A stretch of DNA of 60,465 bases from assembly GCA_049663825.1 (NCBI GenBank), contig JBATEC010000183.1:1-60465 (forward strand), written 5' to 3'. The notes under the pieces were generated by a model. That model was not told the DNA's origin. It made no database searches and saw only the letters and a program-made list of their open reading frames with translations. The translations under genes and the position numbers were made by a program. Below are positions 29,501 to 38,993 of this stretch, piece after piece. Positions within the stretch are counted from its first letter, which is position 1. Each line of letters begins with the position of its first letter. This DNA comes from Methanothrix sp. Its GTDB lineage: Archaea > Halobacteriota > Methanosarcinia > Methanotrichales > Methanotrichaceae.

Positions 29501-30279
29501 TGTAGAGTCCCAATTGTTTGGACTTTATATACTACGGCCTGCAAATTGCATTCTTTATAAACAATTTAATTCAGTCCCCCTCAGATTCAGGAACATTCCC
29601 GACTCATGAAATCTAACTGTATTATACCAATTCATGAATTTGTCAAAATTCTTAAACCTATACCTGTTATGTTCGTAAGTATCGTTCCATTTTTTCAGTT
29701 TTCCATTTGTCTGAGGATGCTTGACGCGAGCTTTGATGTGTTTGATTTTATTCTCCTCAAGAAAGCCTTCAAATCTGCTATCCGCATCGCCGTTCTTGTC
29801 TCGCTTGTTGGCATAGAATTTGGTTCCTCTATCGGTCAAAACCTCTCTAATACTTGTCTAGCCAGCCAAATCTGCCCATAGCTTCTTTGAGGAGCTGTAA
29901 GGCATTATCTGTTGTTTCGGCATCGAACTCTCCGCCCGCGAGAATGCGCCGCGAACTATCATCGAGTACCACGCAGACGAACACATTGTTGCGGTTCGAA
30001 TTGAAGTATCAGCTTAACTGACTCTTCATCCAGGGTCTTTTTCTTTTTTCCAAATTTCTTAATGATTAAATGCATCTTGGTTTTCGTCCAGTGCACCCAG
30101 ACACGTTTCACAGTGGATGGACTTAATTTCATATCCTGCGCGATTCTATTGGTGCTATCGCCTCTCTTTTTGGCCCGAATGATATATCTGATCTTCCTAT
30201 CTGTTAGCTTTACAGCGTTATTCTTCTTTCCCATGCCACATTGATGGGTATATAAAGTCCAAATATTCGGGACTCTACA
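29501..30279 (-). mobile_element. Internally deleted IS481-family element
   Basis: 32-bp TIRs TGTAGAGTCCC..TTTGGACTTTATATAC; transposase pieces: HTH (KLTDRKIRYII..NRIAQDMKLSPSTVKRVW) and TDRG..F, HPQTNGKL.KW..T. Confidence 0.88.
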
Positions 30280-30444
30280 CATAACATGATCCTGCAAAAA
30301 GTATATATATTTTAAATCCAATTGTAACATATCCTACAAGGGATAAAAGAATAATCGGTGGGAAGGCTGAAATCTCCTCTCGACATGATTCCGCCCCATG
30401 CATGTACTTGAGGGGAGATCAAAGCCAACAACACATACTCTGCT

Positions 30445-30540
30445 TATCAGAAAGAGAGCCAACGACTCAGGCAAAGAAGAGATTTGCTGAGGGGGATGGA
30501 ATCTGAGTCGTGGTGAGGTAGCATCACTACTTGATATTAA
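30445..30540 (-). ncRNA. Candidate hairpin sRNA (boundaries approximate)
   Basis: Minus-strand TTTAAATA box at 30564-30571; stem ACGACTCAG/CTGAGTCGT; pyrimidine run downstream. Confidence 0.3.
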
Positions 30541-30784
30541 TAATAACAGAGTATTCGCAGTGGTATTTAAATCCTTCGACTGTTTGCTTTAATAAGCGAA
30601 CTCACCCCAGACCCACTGGTACAAAACCAATGCTAAATTCCTCCTATAATAAACGTGGAAATGGAGATTTTTAAGATCCAATCTTTCTATGCAAATATCA
30701 GACTTGATTCCTGCATACATGCTACAGGGAATTTAATTTATACAAGCAGTTCCATCAGGGCTTATCGGTCTAGGAAGGGATAAT

Positions 30785-31105
30785 TTGGCTGAGAACGAAA
30801 TGAGAAATTTTGCCTTGCGGGATAAGAATGGCAATGAGATCGGTGTATTCACAGGAAAGCAGCCGAGACAAGCTGCTCTAAAGGCTGCCAATCGAGGCAT
30901 CACCGACATCAGGCTTAGGGAGAGGGGCACGAAGAAGGTGCATGTATTTACCGGAGAGCGTGTGCAAATAAAGAAACCCAAGAGTGCACCAGCATGGATG
31001 CCGGACAAGATTTGGAAACCAAAGGTCAAGAAAGTGGGTATAGAGAATCTGGAAACACTAGAAAAAGATGTGGAAAAGGTAGTAGTGGTCAAGCGTAGAA
31101 CGTAG
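30785..31105 (+). CDS. Chromosomal protein MC1
   Basis: RNFALRD..GNEIGVFTGKQPRQAALKAANRG, RLRERGTKKVHVF, WMP.KIWKP. Confidence 0.95.
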   Translation: MAENEMRNFALRDKNGNEIGVFTGKQPRQAALKAANRGITDIRLRERGTKKVHVFTGERVQIKKPKSAPAWMPDKIWKPKVKKVGIENLETLEKDVEKVVVVKRRT

Positions 31106-31266
31106 TCAAAATCACTCGATAATATTAGTTTTTCTCTTTTTGTTTCGGGATAGTCCGCCCCAATTAACCAAGCATCATATCACACCAATAATTATCTGTA
31201 GTAATAATTTTATACGATGAGCATTTGTTGTTTTGAATATAGGAGGACGAATATCTGGTCGGTATA

Positions 31267-31536
31267 ATGACACATGAAACTGTACTTGCTACTCTTCTTA
31301 ATAGTGAAGCAGAAGCCAAATCCCTGAAAGACATCGCTCAGTTGATTGGCTTGGCGATATACACATATACTGATTGGATCAGAGCAGAACGCAGTCTCGC
31401 CAGAGTACTCAGGATTTTGATAAAATTGGGCTGGGCATCTCGTGATCGAAGGCAGATAATTGATCATAAATTTAGGCATAATGTCTACAGGAAGACAGAG
31501 TTGGCAATACAACAAAAGGCTGCCAGAAAAGAATAA
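31267..31536 (+). CDS. Small winged-helix-like hypothetical protein
   Basis: KSLKDIAQLIG...ERSLARVLRILIKLGW pattern. Confidence 0.55.
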   Translation: MTHETVLATLLNSEAEAKSLKDIAQLIGLAIYTYTDWIRAERSLARVLRILIKLGWASRDRRQIIDHKFRHNVYRKTELAIQQKAARKE

Positions 31537-31757
31537 ATTGCACTGAATTTTCTTTAATAGATTAAATAATAATATATATTATATAATTAGTTATTATTAG
31601 TTATATTTTATTGTATAGTTAATAGCGAAAACAACCAATATAACCAATTATTTAACATGGGCTTTCAATGTCTGCTTCTGGATGCCAATTGATTGGAGAA
31701 TGCTCAAGAGGGGAAACTATTTAGTTCAACCACGGAACCTTACATAGGGGATATCAA

Positions 31758-32120
31758 GTGAAATATTACTTTGCATTTACAATCTTAGCTTTCTATTTAG
31801 GTTTAGTCGCTACTGGAATGGCTCAAGAGTTATCCTATACATTCCCACACGATCAAGGACAGGAGATTGAATATTTGGATTCTTATTACCCCGCTTATTA
31901 TCCATCAGCATATTGGGACGATCCCTATGTTCCTGCAAAAATTGCGGTGCAGGATACAAAAGAGCGTCTTTGGGCTAATAAGCATATGAATCCCAATTCG
32001 GTTTTTTGGCAAGTACAAGGAACAAAGGAACGCTTGTGGTTGGTCAAGAATGCCTGCTACGGCTGCTGGCAAGATTATGATTGGATGGAGAGAGGCAGTT
32101 TTTGGGAGAATAGGTACTAA
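31758..32120 (+). CDS. Secreted Tyr/Trp-rich hypothetical protein
   Basis: Signal peptide; duplicated VQ(D/G)TKERLW motif. Confidence 0.6.
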   Translation: MKYYFAFTILAFYLGLVATGMAQELSYTFPHDQGQEIEYLDSYYPAYYPSAYWDDPYVPAKIAVQDTKERLWANKHMNPNSVFWQVQGTKERLWLVKNACYGCWQDYDWMERGSFWENRY

Positions 32121-32317
32121 TCCTTAAATATATAGGTTATATGGGCGATCCTCACCATTAGTTCTATCATAACTAATATTTATTTTCTACGTGAATAATA
32201 ACATGAATAATCCATATAACCGATACCTTTATCGTATTCGTCAATTGCTGAAAGTAGAAAAACTTATATACGTTGAATGTCGTTGTAAATGATAATGTAT
32301 TTAGTAGGTGATATGTC

Positions 32318-32725
32318 ATGAAGATACGAATAATCAGTTCTCGTGAAGAGATCAACTCGATAAGACCAAATGAGAAGGCAGTCCATCTGGCATTTAGAGC
32401 ATCCAACGTGGACTTCCTCAACCTGCTTCAGAAAGCTCCTCGCTTGCAGATGGTCCAGATACCGCCATCATATCATAAAACCATGTCCAAATCAAATGAG
32501 GTGTTCTTGGAGATGCAGGGTGTCAAACTGCTAGAAGGAGATTTATGGGGTCACAGAAAGGACATTGACGAGTATTTCACCGTTCCAGATGAAGCCTTGA
32601 CTGCGATCAAGTCCATGACTAGAGAAGGCGCAGCACCGGATGAGATCACGAAAGAAGTCCAAAGGACAACCAAGCTGGGATCGGAACTCATAAAGTTCAT
32701 CGCCCAGACTGAGATAGCTGCTTGA
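32318..32725 (+). CDS. DUF1699-family protein
   Basis: MKIRIISSREEI..NEKAVHLAFRASN.D, GD.WGHRKDI.EY. Confidence 0.9.
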   Translation: MKIRIISSREEINSIRPNEKAVHLAFRASNVDFLNLLQKAPRLQMVQIPPSYHKTMSKSNEVFLEMQGVKLLEGDLWGHRKDIDEYFTVPDEALTAIKSMTREGAAPDEITKEVQRTTKLGSELIKFIAQTEIAA

Positions 32726-32782
32726 AGCCTGATGTTCAAGCAGACACATTTATTTTATGCCACCTTAGTCCTCCGACTTGGT

Positions 32783-32938
32783 TTACGCTTCTATCTTCAC
32801 ATCGTGCCTCTCGAAGAACTCTACTAGGGCATCTTCAACCACCTGGCTTTGAGCACGCAAGCTACTCTTGGTTAATACGGTGTAAACCTTCAACGTCTTG
32901 GCTACAGGTTCAGATAGTGTCAATGTAGTTTTTTGCAT
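32783..32938 (-). CDS. Ribbon-helix-helix-like small protein, 51 aa
   Basis: Own translation MQKTTLTLSEPVAKTLKVYTVLTKSSLRAQSQVVEDALVEFFERHDVKIEA. Confidence 0.65.
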   Translation of the reverse strand: MQKTTLTLSEPVAKTLKVYTVLTKSSLRAQSQVVEDALVEFFERHDVKIEA

Positions 32939-33434
32939 GGCTATCCATTACGTGGCTTCCTGTTTATAAAGTTTACATATCTAAAATTTTAAGTACCTAA
33001 ATAATTTATAATATTTAACGTAATAATAATTTCATACATGTTATTAATATATCCTTAAGCCCAATTCTTTTCAAGTATTTCTGATACCTAGTCAGAACTG
33101 GATTCAAATCAACCTTGTCCCATGCTCTACTCCAATCCACTGCAATTTTTGCCATTCCCACCAACTCCCCTCTTAGGATTCCTTGTGAAATATCTACCCT
33201 TCATTAAGGGAATGGCACTTAAAAAATCGCTATCATACGCGAGGTGAGGAAAGGCTTTTGCCTTTTCGAGCCAAGCCCTGGATCTTGAGTCTATCACCGT
33301 TGGCCTGGCTTGGTTATCCCCGCATACGACCTGCCTGTGTAGCAGATCGAGGATACTGCAAGCACCTGCTGGTTTATGAATCTTGCCGTCCTTAGCGCCC
33401 GCGCCCGCGGGCCTCCGCCCGCCCGGCAAGTCGC

Positions 33435-33590
33435 TCATGCATCCACGTGGTTCACGCATATCCAATGGTAGTACCCGTGAATGCCCGTGCCCGTGACCTC
33501 GTCAAACTCCTCCAGCTCCTGGCCGCAGATCTGGCATATCTCGCCATCCGGCACCTCGATCTCGGCATCATTGCATAATACTAATACCAT
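33435..33590 (-). CDS. Small Zn-finger-like protein, 51 aa
   Basis: Own translation MVLVLCNDAEIEVPDGEICQICGQELEEFDEVTGTGIHGYYHWICVNHVDA (CxxC...HxxC). Confidence 0.7.
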   Translation of the reverse strand: MVLVLCNDAEIEVPDGEICQICGQELEEFDEVTGTGIHGYYHWICVNHVDA

Positions 33591-33704
33591 TCAAGCACTC
33601 ATTGGGGAAGCAAGAGCCATGAAGCTTTCGGGCAGTTGACTTCGATCGATTCTTGACTGCCCGGGACTGAAAAGATGCAACCTTGGGATTAGAACCACAA
33701 AGCT

Positions 33705-34115
33705 CTACTTCTCTTTTGATCTGTCCTCAAACTCCTGGAACGTGCGCAGCGACGAGGCCAGCACCTTCGTCTGGCCGATGATGGCAGCAATGAACACGGC
33801 ATCCAGGATCTCGTCCTCGCTCGCCCCCGCGCGCGCGGCTGCGCCCATGTGCACCTTCAGGCACTTGTCCGCGCCAGCGCTGGCAGCTGCGGCCACGGCC
33901 AGCAGCTCCGCGACCTTGGGCTCCAGGCTTTGGGGCCGCAATGCATAGAAGTCCTTGAGGGATGAGAAGATCATGAACTGCGGGCGGCGGGCCATGACTT
34001 TTAGGATGAAGGGCACGGTGCCCAGCATATTTTCGGTGTCTTCATATATGTCCTCCTGGAGGGAATCGCTATTCTCCAGGAGGGCTTTGATCAGGGTCTT
34101 GTTTTCTGGCTTCAT
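33705..34115 (-). CDS. Carboxymuconolactone decarboxylase/AhpD-family protein
   Basis: G.VPFIL, LEPKVAELLAVAAA, CLKVH..AA..AGASEDEI; ATGA overlap with the upstream gene. Confidence 0.85.
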   Translation of the reverse strand: MKPENKTLIKALLENSDSLQEDIYEDTENMLGTVPFILKVMARRPQFMIFSSLKDFYALRPQSLEPKVAELLAVAAAASAGADKCLKVHMGAAARAGASEDEILDAVFIAAIIGQTKVLASSLRTFQEFEDRSKEK

Positions 34116-36049
34116 TGCTTCTGCTGTTGGCTCTCCCATTCTTGCAGCTTTCGCCTTACCTTTTCTGCTCGTGGATCTTCGATCTCCTCACGGATCTTGA
34201 GGGAAGCTTTGGCACATTCGATTGCTTGCGCTCTTTTGCCAAGTTGATCTAAAGCAAGGCTCATGTTCCATTGAGCGGTCCCTTTGCCCCCGATGTCGCC
34301 GATCTCTTGCGTTATTCGCAATTGCTGCTCGCAGAAATCGATGGCCTTGCGGGCCTCGCTCAAGACGACATAGGCACTGCCTAGGTTGCCCAGTGCGTTT
34401 CCTTCGCCCCTTCTGTCGTCTATCTCTCTGGCTATGTCCAAGGCCTGTTCGTAGTACTCGATGGCCTTGTGGGCCTCGCCCAATTCCATGTAGGCAATGC
34501 CCAGATTGTCTAGGTCGATCCCTTCACCCCTTCGGTCCCCTATCTCGCGGTCTATCTCCAGAGCCTGCTCCTCGTACTCGATGGCCTTGCGAGCATCGTC
34601 CAGGTTCTTGTATGCAGTACCCAGGTTGCCCAGAGAGCGTCCTTCGCCCCTTCTGTCGCCTATCTCGCGCGCTATGTCCAGAGCCTGCTTGTAGTACTCT
34701 ATAGCCTTGCTGTCATCGCCCAAGTTCATGTAGGCATTGCCCAGGTTGCCCAAATGGACGCATTCCATACGCAGATCTTTCAACTTCCCAGCAGCAGCCA
34801 AGGCCGTCTCCAGCCAAGATATCCGCTCTCGAGGATGCATGCGCAGATCAAGCAAATATGGCCCATCAAGAAAAGCGTTGCATATGGACGCAGCTGTATT
34901 GCTGCTAGCTAGATTTCTTTTCACCCACGCCCAGGCAGATTCGATATTAATTCGTTCCAGATCGAATCTTCTCAGCCCGGACAAAACATCACCTTTTTTA
35001 TAAAGCTCTGTAGCGGAAGATAAAACGTCTCTGAAGCACTCTGCATGGCGTTGCTGAGCATCATTCCTGGCAGCTTCGCCTCCTTCCTCCTTCAGCCGTC
35101 CGGCAGCAAACAGCCTCACCAGATCGTGCAGATGATAGCGGCCTTCGCCCTCCTGGTTCGGTCTCTGGTACTCGACTAGGCTCCAGCGCACCAGCTCGCT
35201 TAAATGGCGGTGGCCTTCGTCTTGGCAGACTGTCTCCTCAGCCTCGGCATCGAAATCGGAAGGAAAGACGGATAGCAGCCGGAATATTCGTGCAGTCTCG
35301 GCTGGCAGGCGGCGGTAGCTCAGCATAAAGCACGCTTCAACGTCCAGATCCTCTCCTGCTCTGCCCAATTGCTTCAGACGAGTGCGCTCATCGCTCAGCT
35401 CTTCGACATATTTTGCGGGCATTAAATCTTCTGTCTCAGCCAGCAGATAAGCTGCAGCTTTAAGCGTTATCGGCAAAAAAGCACATAACTCTGCCAGCTT
35501 ATCTGCATGACTGCTTATTCGCGGTGCGATGGCCAGTAACAGTTGGCGGGCATCGGAGGAGCTCAATGGATCCAGATCCCAGGGTTTCAACCCCGGAAGT
35601 GCGAACTTTTTTCGCGAGGTAACCAGGACGCAGCAACCTTCGGGAGGCAGCAGCGGATCGATCTGCTCTCTGCTCGCAGCATTGTCTAATAAAAGAAGCA
35701 CCCGCTTACCCGCCAGCACAGAGCGGTAGAGACCTGCTAGCTCCGCCTCACTTTCCGGCATCCGGGCATCGGAGCCGAAATAAGCTCGGATGACTTGCGC
35801 CATGGCATCTGCAGGCGTTAGTGGCTCTTCACTAATGCCTTTTAGATCTATGAAGAGCTGGCCGTCAGGAAATCGATCTTTGAGCTTCTGTGCCAGCACC
35901 AGGGCCAAAGCCGTCTTGCCGATGCCTCCCATGCCGCGCAGTCCGGTGATGGTTGCCCCCCTCTCGAAGTCATCCTGGATTTTCCCAATATCCTCACTAC
36001 GTCCAGTGAAGTCCTTGGGTGGTAAGGGAATCTGCCTGGGGGACGGCAA
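34112..36049 (-). CDS. NLR-like STAND protein: NB-ARC + TPR repeats (3' part of a frameshifted gene)
   Basis: FTGR, GMGGIGKT, LLLLDNA, VTSR, LHDLVR, repeated GNLG.AY..LG...KAIEY.EQAL.I.REIGDRRGEG. Confidence 0.9.
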   Translation of the reverse strand: MPSPRQIPLPPKDFTGRSEDIGKIQDDFERGATITGLRGMGGIGKTALALVLAQKLKDRFPDGQLFIDLKGISEEPLTPADAMAQVIRAYFGSDARMPESEAELAGLYRSVLAGKRVLLLLDNAASREQIDPLLPPEGCCVLVTSRKKFALPGLKPWDLDPLSSSDARQLLLAIAPRISSHADKLAELCAFLPITLKAAAYLLAETEDLMPAKYVEELSDERTRLKQLGRAGEDLDVEACFMLSYRRLPAETARIFRLLSVFPSDFDAEAEETVCQDEGHRHLSELVRWSLVEYQRPNQEGEGRYHLHDLVRLFAAGRLKEEGGEAARNDAQQRHAECFRDVLSSATELYKKGDVLSGLRRFDLERINIESAWAWVKRNLASSNTAASICNAFLDGPYLLDLRMHPRERISWLETALAAAGKLKDLRMECVHLGNLGNAYMNLGDDSKAIEYYKQALDIAREIGDRRGEGRSLGNLGTAYKNLDDARKAIEYEEQALEIDREIGDRRGEGIDLDNLGIAYMELGEAHKAIEYYEQALDIAREIDDRRGEGNALGNLGSAYVVLSEARKAIDFCEQQLRITQEIGDIGGKGTAQWNMSLALDQLGKRAQAIECAKASLKIREEIEDPRAEKVRRKLQEWESQQQKQ

Positions 36050-36455
36050 GAGGAGCAGATTTTGTCACGGGAGGCAAGTTAAGCGTGCCAATAGGCCCGG
36101 AAAATTGATGGCCTTGAACGCTGCCGATATTTGTCTGCGAGCCTGGCACAGTCTGCCCTCTCTGGTCCTGCTGCATCACTGTGCCGTGCTGCTCTGCTGT
36201 TATTTCGAAAGTCTGTCCGTCTCTAATCTCGCTTCGGCCGGATTTACCTTTAGGCTCGTCCTGATTGGGGGATCGCTTAATGAGAAATTCGTAAACCGCA
36301 ATTGGTGAAGTGATGGATGCAAAAATTCCGATAGCTACGATCCAAGTACTTTGCTGTAAATCTGGAAAATTATTCAAGATTATGACTAATGCCGCCAGCA
36401 GCAGGATGATCGCAATTGTGACTACTATCTTGATATGATTTTGTTTCGTTGGCAA
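35997..36455 (-). CDS. Two-TM protein with Q/G/N-rich motif; 5' part of the NB-ARC gene
   Basis: Two hydrophobic helices; joins the NB-ARC frame if one C of the run at 36038-36042 is removed. Confidence 0.7.
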   Translation of the reverse strand: MPTKQNHIKIVVTIAIILLLAALVIILNNFPDLQQSTWIVAIGIFASITSPIAVYEFLIKRSPNQDEPKGKSGRSEIRDGQTFEITAEQHGTVMQQDQRGQTVPGSQTNIGSVQGHQFSGPIGTLNLPPVTKSAPLAVPQADSLTTQGLHWT

Positions 36456-36512
36456 TTCACCGGTTTTGATATCGACGTTCTTATCTAAAAATGTTTAGCC
36501 CAATTTCTACCC

Positions 36513-37403
36513 TCAAGCCTCCAGTGTTATCGCCCGGATCTCGATCTGGACCTTCTGCTCATTGGGGTCCAGCACCAGCTCCAGCCGGTCCAGAGGCTTG
36601 CTGGGGTCCGTGTCCACCCTGGCATAGAAATAATGCCCTTGATACTCGTAGGCGGAGCTGGCTGTGCTAGGCCAGGAGTAAGCCGCTGCAACCTTGCTGT
36701 GCATTAGCTGCGACTGGACCTCTGACCGGTCATAAGCCCATTCGGCAATGTTCACTCCCATAATCAGATCCGTCGTCTCAAAGCTTCCGTCCCCGTACCA
36801 GACATTGATATGGCCCACCTTAACGTTATCCGGAACTCCTATGCTCCATCCTGCAAACTCCAGAACATGCACTGCATCGGCTTTCCGGCCTTCCAGGTCT
36901 ATGGAGTCAGCCGTCTGCTCAGCGTTGGCCTTCAATGCCACTCCTTCCACCTGAAATTCAATGCCGTTGTAGGTATGGGCGGTCCCGGTCCCGATGGGCG
37001 TTGACTGGTTTTGAGAGGTACCTTTGCTCCTCCAGGATGCCATCCATTCCTGGGCTGTGTCCCAGTCCACCTTTCCCGTAAACTGAGGGAACATGAGCTC
37101 GCCCGCGGGCTCCTTGGAGACGGTGCACTGCGAGCTGTCCCCATTGCAGTAGACATTCCAAACGGCAGGCTGAGCCGGATAGCCGTTGGCCTGCATCCAG
37201 GTCTGAACTGTATTCCAGTCCACTTTGCCGGGGTAGACGGGAAACATCAAATCCCCGCTGGGCTCTTTGGCCACAGTGCAGCGGGAGCCGTCTCCACTGC
37301 AATAGACGTTCCATACGTTCAGATCCTCCGTGCTCTGGGCAGAAGCCGGTGAGACGATTGCTGCCATCCCCAATACAATTGCCAAAAATGATTCGATCTT
37401 CAT
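36513..37403 (-). CDS. Secreted protein with two ~50-aa Cys/Trp repeats
   Basis: Signal peptide; two copies of WNVYC.GD.S.CTV.KEP.G.LMFP...GKVDW.T.Q.WM. Confidence 0.75.
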   Translation of the reverse strand: MKIESFLAIVLGMAAIVSPASAQSTEDLNVWNVYCSGDGSRCTVAKEPSGDLMFPVYPGKVDWNTVQTWMQANGYPAQPAVWNVYCNGDSSQCTVSKEPAGELMFPQFTGKVDWDTAQEWMASWRSKGTSQNQSTPIGTGTAHTYNGIEFQVEGVALKANAEQTADSIDLEGRKADAVHVLEFAGWSIGVPDNVKVGHINVWYGDGSFETTDLIMGVNIAEWAYDRSEVQSQLMHSKVAAAYSWPSTASSAYEYQGHYFYARVDTDPSKPLDRLELVLDPNEQKVQIEIRAITLEA

Positions 37404-37437
37404 AGCGATCCCCTACCATGTATCTGGAAATTATCTC

Positions 37438-38190
37438 CTATCCGGTAACAACATTGATCTGGAAATTCTTCTTGTCCCCCACAAGCATTGAGCCCGATAC
37501 CGTTCCCAAAGCAGCTTCCACAAGCCAGGCTCCCGCCCTTCTGGGCTTTACTGTCATGCTAAAAGTCAATTCCCCGCTGCCGGAAAGGGACCGGCTCAAC
37601 CGAGAGGCTATGATGCCAGATTGGTCACGCAGCGTTGCCTCTATCTTGGTTCCGGCGGCTAAATTGGAGTAGACGGTGTGCACTTTCACAAGGCTCTCCT
37701 CGCCTACGGCAATCGTATCGGGCGGGACGACGTATTCGATATTGCCAATCTCCACGTCCGGTTTATACTCCGGATTCTCCACCAGCAGCGTGAAGGCCCT
37801 GCCTGCGACAAGCTGGTCTCCCTTCCAAATTTCCGCCTTGAGATGCCACTCGTTTATGTATTCGGGCCATCCCGATGGAATGGAATAGCTGGCAGGCACC
37901 ATGATCTCGGCGGGCGGGAACAGATAGGTGCCGCTGCCCGAGACCGTAGTTTCGCCGCCACTCTGAAAGCGGGGCGGATAATCGGCATAAGCGAGGTGCA
38001 GGCTCAATGTCGACTGCGCCAGGTTGGCGTAATTGATGCTGACTACAATTGGCACTCGCTCGCCCACTGTTAGGGTCTCCGGCGATGCAGGATATTGAAG
38101 GGTGTTGATGCTCACAGTTCCTCCCTGTGCCGGCATAACTGCGATTAGGGCCAGGCCGAAAAGAATAATGCCATAGCATTGGTTTCTCAT
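37438..38190 (-). CDS. Secreted protein with probable Ig-like beta domains
   Basis: AGGAG SD; signal peptide; two similar beta-rich halves (P.T..VGE...V...Y.NLA..T, SGSG). Confidence 0.7.
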   Translation of the reverse strand: MRNQCYGIILFGLALIAVMPAQGGTVSINTLQYPASPETLTVGERVPIVVSINYANLAQSTLSLHLAYADYPPRFQSGGETTVSGSGTYLFPPAEIMVPASYSIPSGWPEYINEWHLKAEIWKGDQLVAGRAFTLLVENPEYKPDVEIGNIEYVVPPDTIAVGEESLVKVHTVYSNLAAGTKIEATLRDQSGIIASRLSRSLSGSGELTFSMTVKPRRAGAWLVEAALGTVSGSMLVGDKKNFQINVVTG

Positions 38191-38326
38191 GACAGTCTCC
38201 TCCTATCTTTTTCTTGATTTAGGGATCTCCGTTTTTCTGTAAGGACTTAACTCCAATTATTAAAAGTTATAAATAAACTTAAGCATCTGTTCAGGCTCAT
38301 ATTTGTTCCGCCAGATAATCTCCTCC

Positions 38327-38914
38327 TCAGCACACAATTTTTTCGAAGCAGTCCTTGCAGAGCACCTTTCCGCCAGCCGTCCTGCCCAAAATCTCCATGA
38401 AGCCTTCTCCGCACTCCTGGCATTTGAGTGATGGATAGATCTTAGCCTTCTCGGGTGCAGGAATGTCTACTTCCTTCACGGAGAGCAGATCCTCGTCCTT
38501 GCCGCTTAAGATCTCCTCGATGACCCTAGATCGAAGTCCCTCAAACTCCTTCTTCTCTTCCGGTGTAATCCGCCCAGCCGCAGCCTTTTGCCTCATGGCA
38601 TCCATGCCCTGGAATACATCTCCCTTGAAGTAGATCCTCAGCGCCCGGTTCTGATTGCGAGAGTAGAAGGTGAAGACCTGCTTTCCATTATCCACAAAGA
38701 TCAGATTGCCCTTGCCGGCCGTGCAGCCTAAGAGCGACTGCACCGCATCCACGCTGCAGGATTTGTTCTCGGCAATGCAGACCAGCTCCTCATCCTTGGA
38801 GCGGGGATAGTGCTCTTTGACATACTTTGCTACTCTGTAGCCCATAGCGAGCCCAGGGCAGATATGGCCGTGAAACTTCGCCGCTTCTTTGAAATCCTCA
38901 TCCATAATAGTCAC
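38327..38914 (-). CDS. FmdE-family protein with C-terminal Zn finger
   Basis: FHGHICPGLAMG, CSVDAVQ..GCT.GKGNL, CQECGE...CKDC. Confidence 0.92.
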   Translation of the reverse strand: MTIMDEDFKEAAKFHGHICPGLAMGYRVAKYVKEHYPRSKDEELVCIAENKSCSVDAVQSLLGCTAGKGNLIFVDNGKQVFTFYSRNQNRALRIYFKGDVFQGMDAMRQKAAAGRITPEEKKEFEGLRSRVIEEILSGKDEDLLSVKEVDIPAPEKAKIYPSLKCQECGEGFMEILGRTAGGKVLCKDCFEKIVC

Positions 38915-38993
38915 CTATAATTACTTCTGACGGATTGGGATAAGTAAAGAGCGGTCGGCAGAATACGAGATAGACGAAAAAGTCCGCAAGAAA

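Noticed and set aside
30418..30516. 32-codon ATC-initiated ORF over the hairpin
   Set aside because: SD spacing too short and no motif; cannot be supported
33127..33465. 112-aa ORF
   Set aside because: No recognisable motif, mixed composition, overlaps the better-supported Zn-finger microprotein
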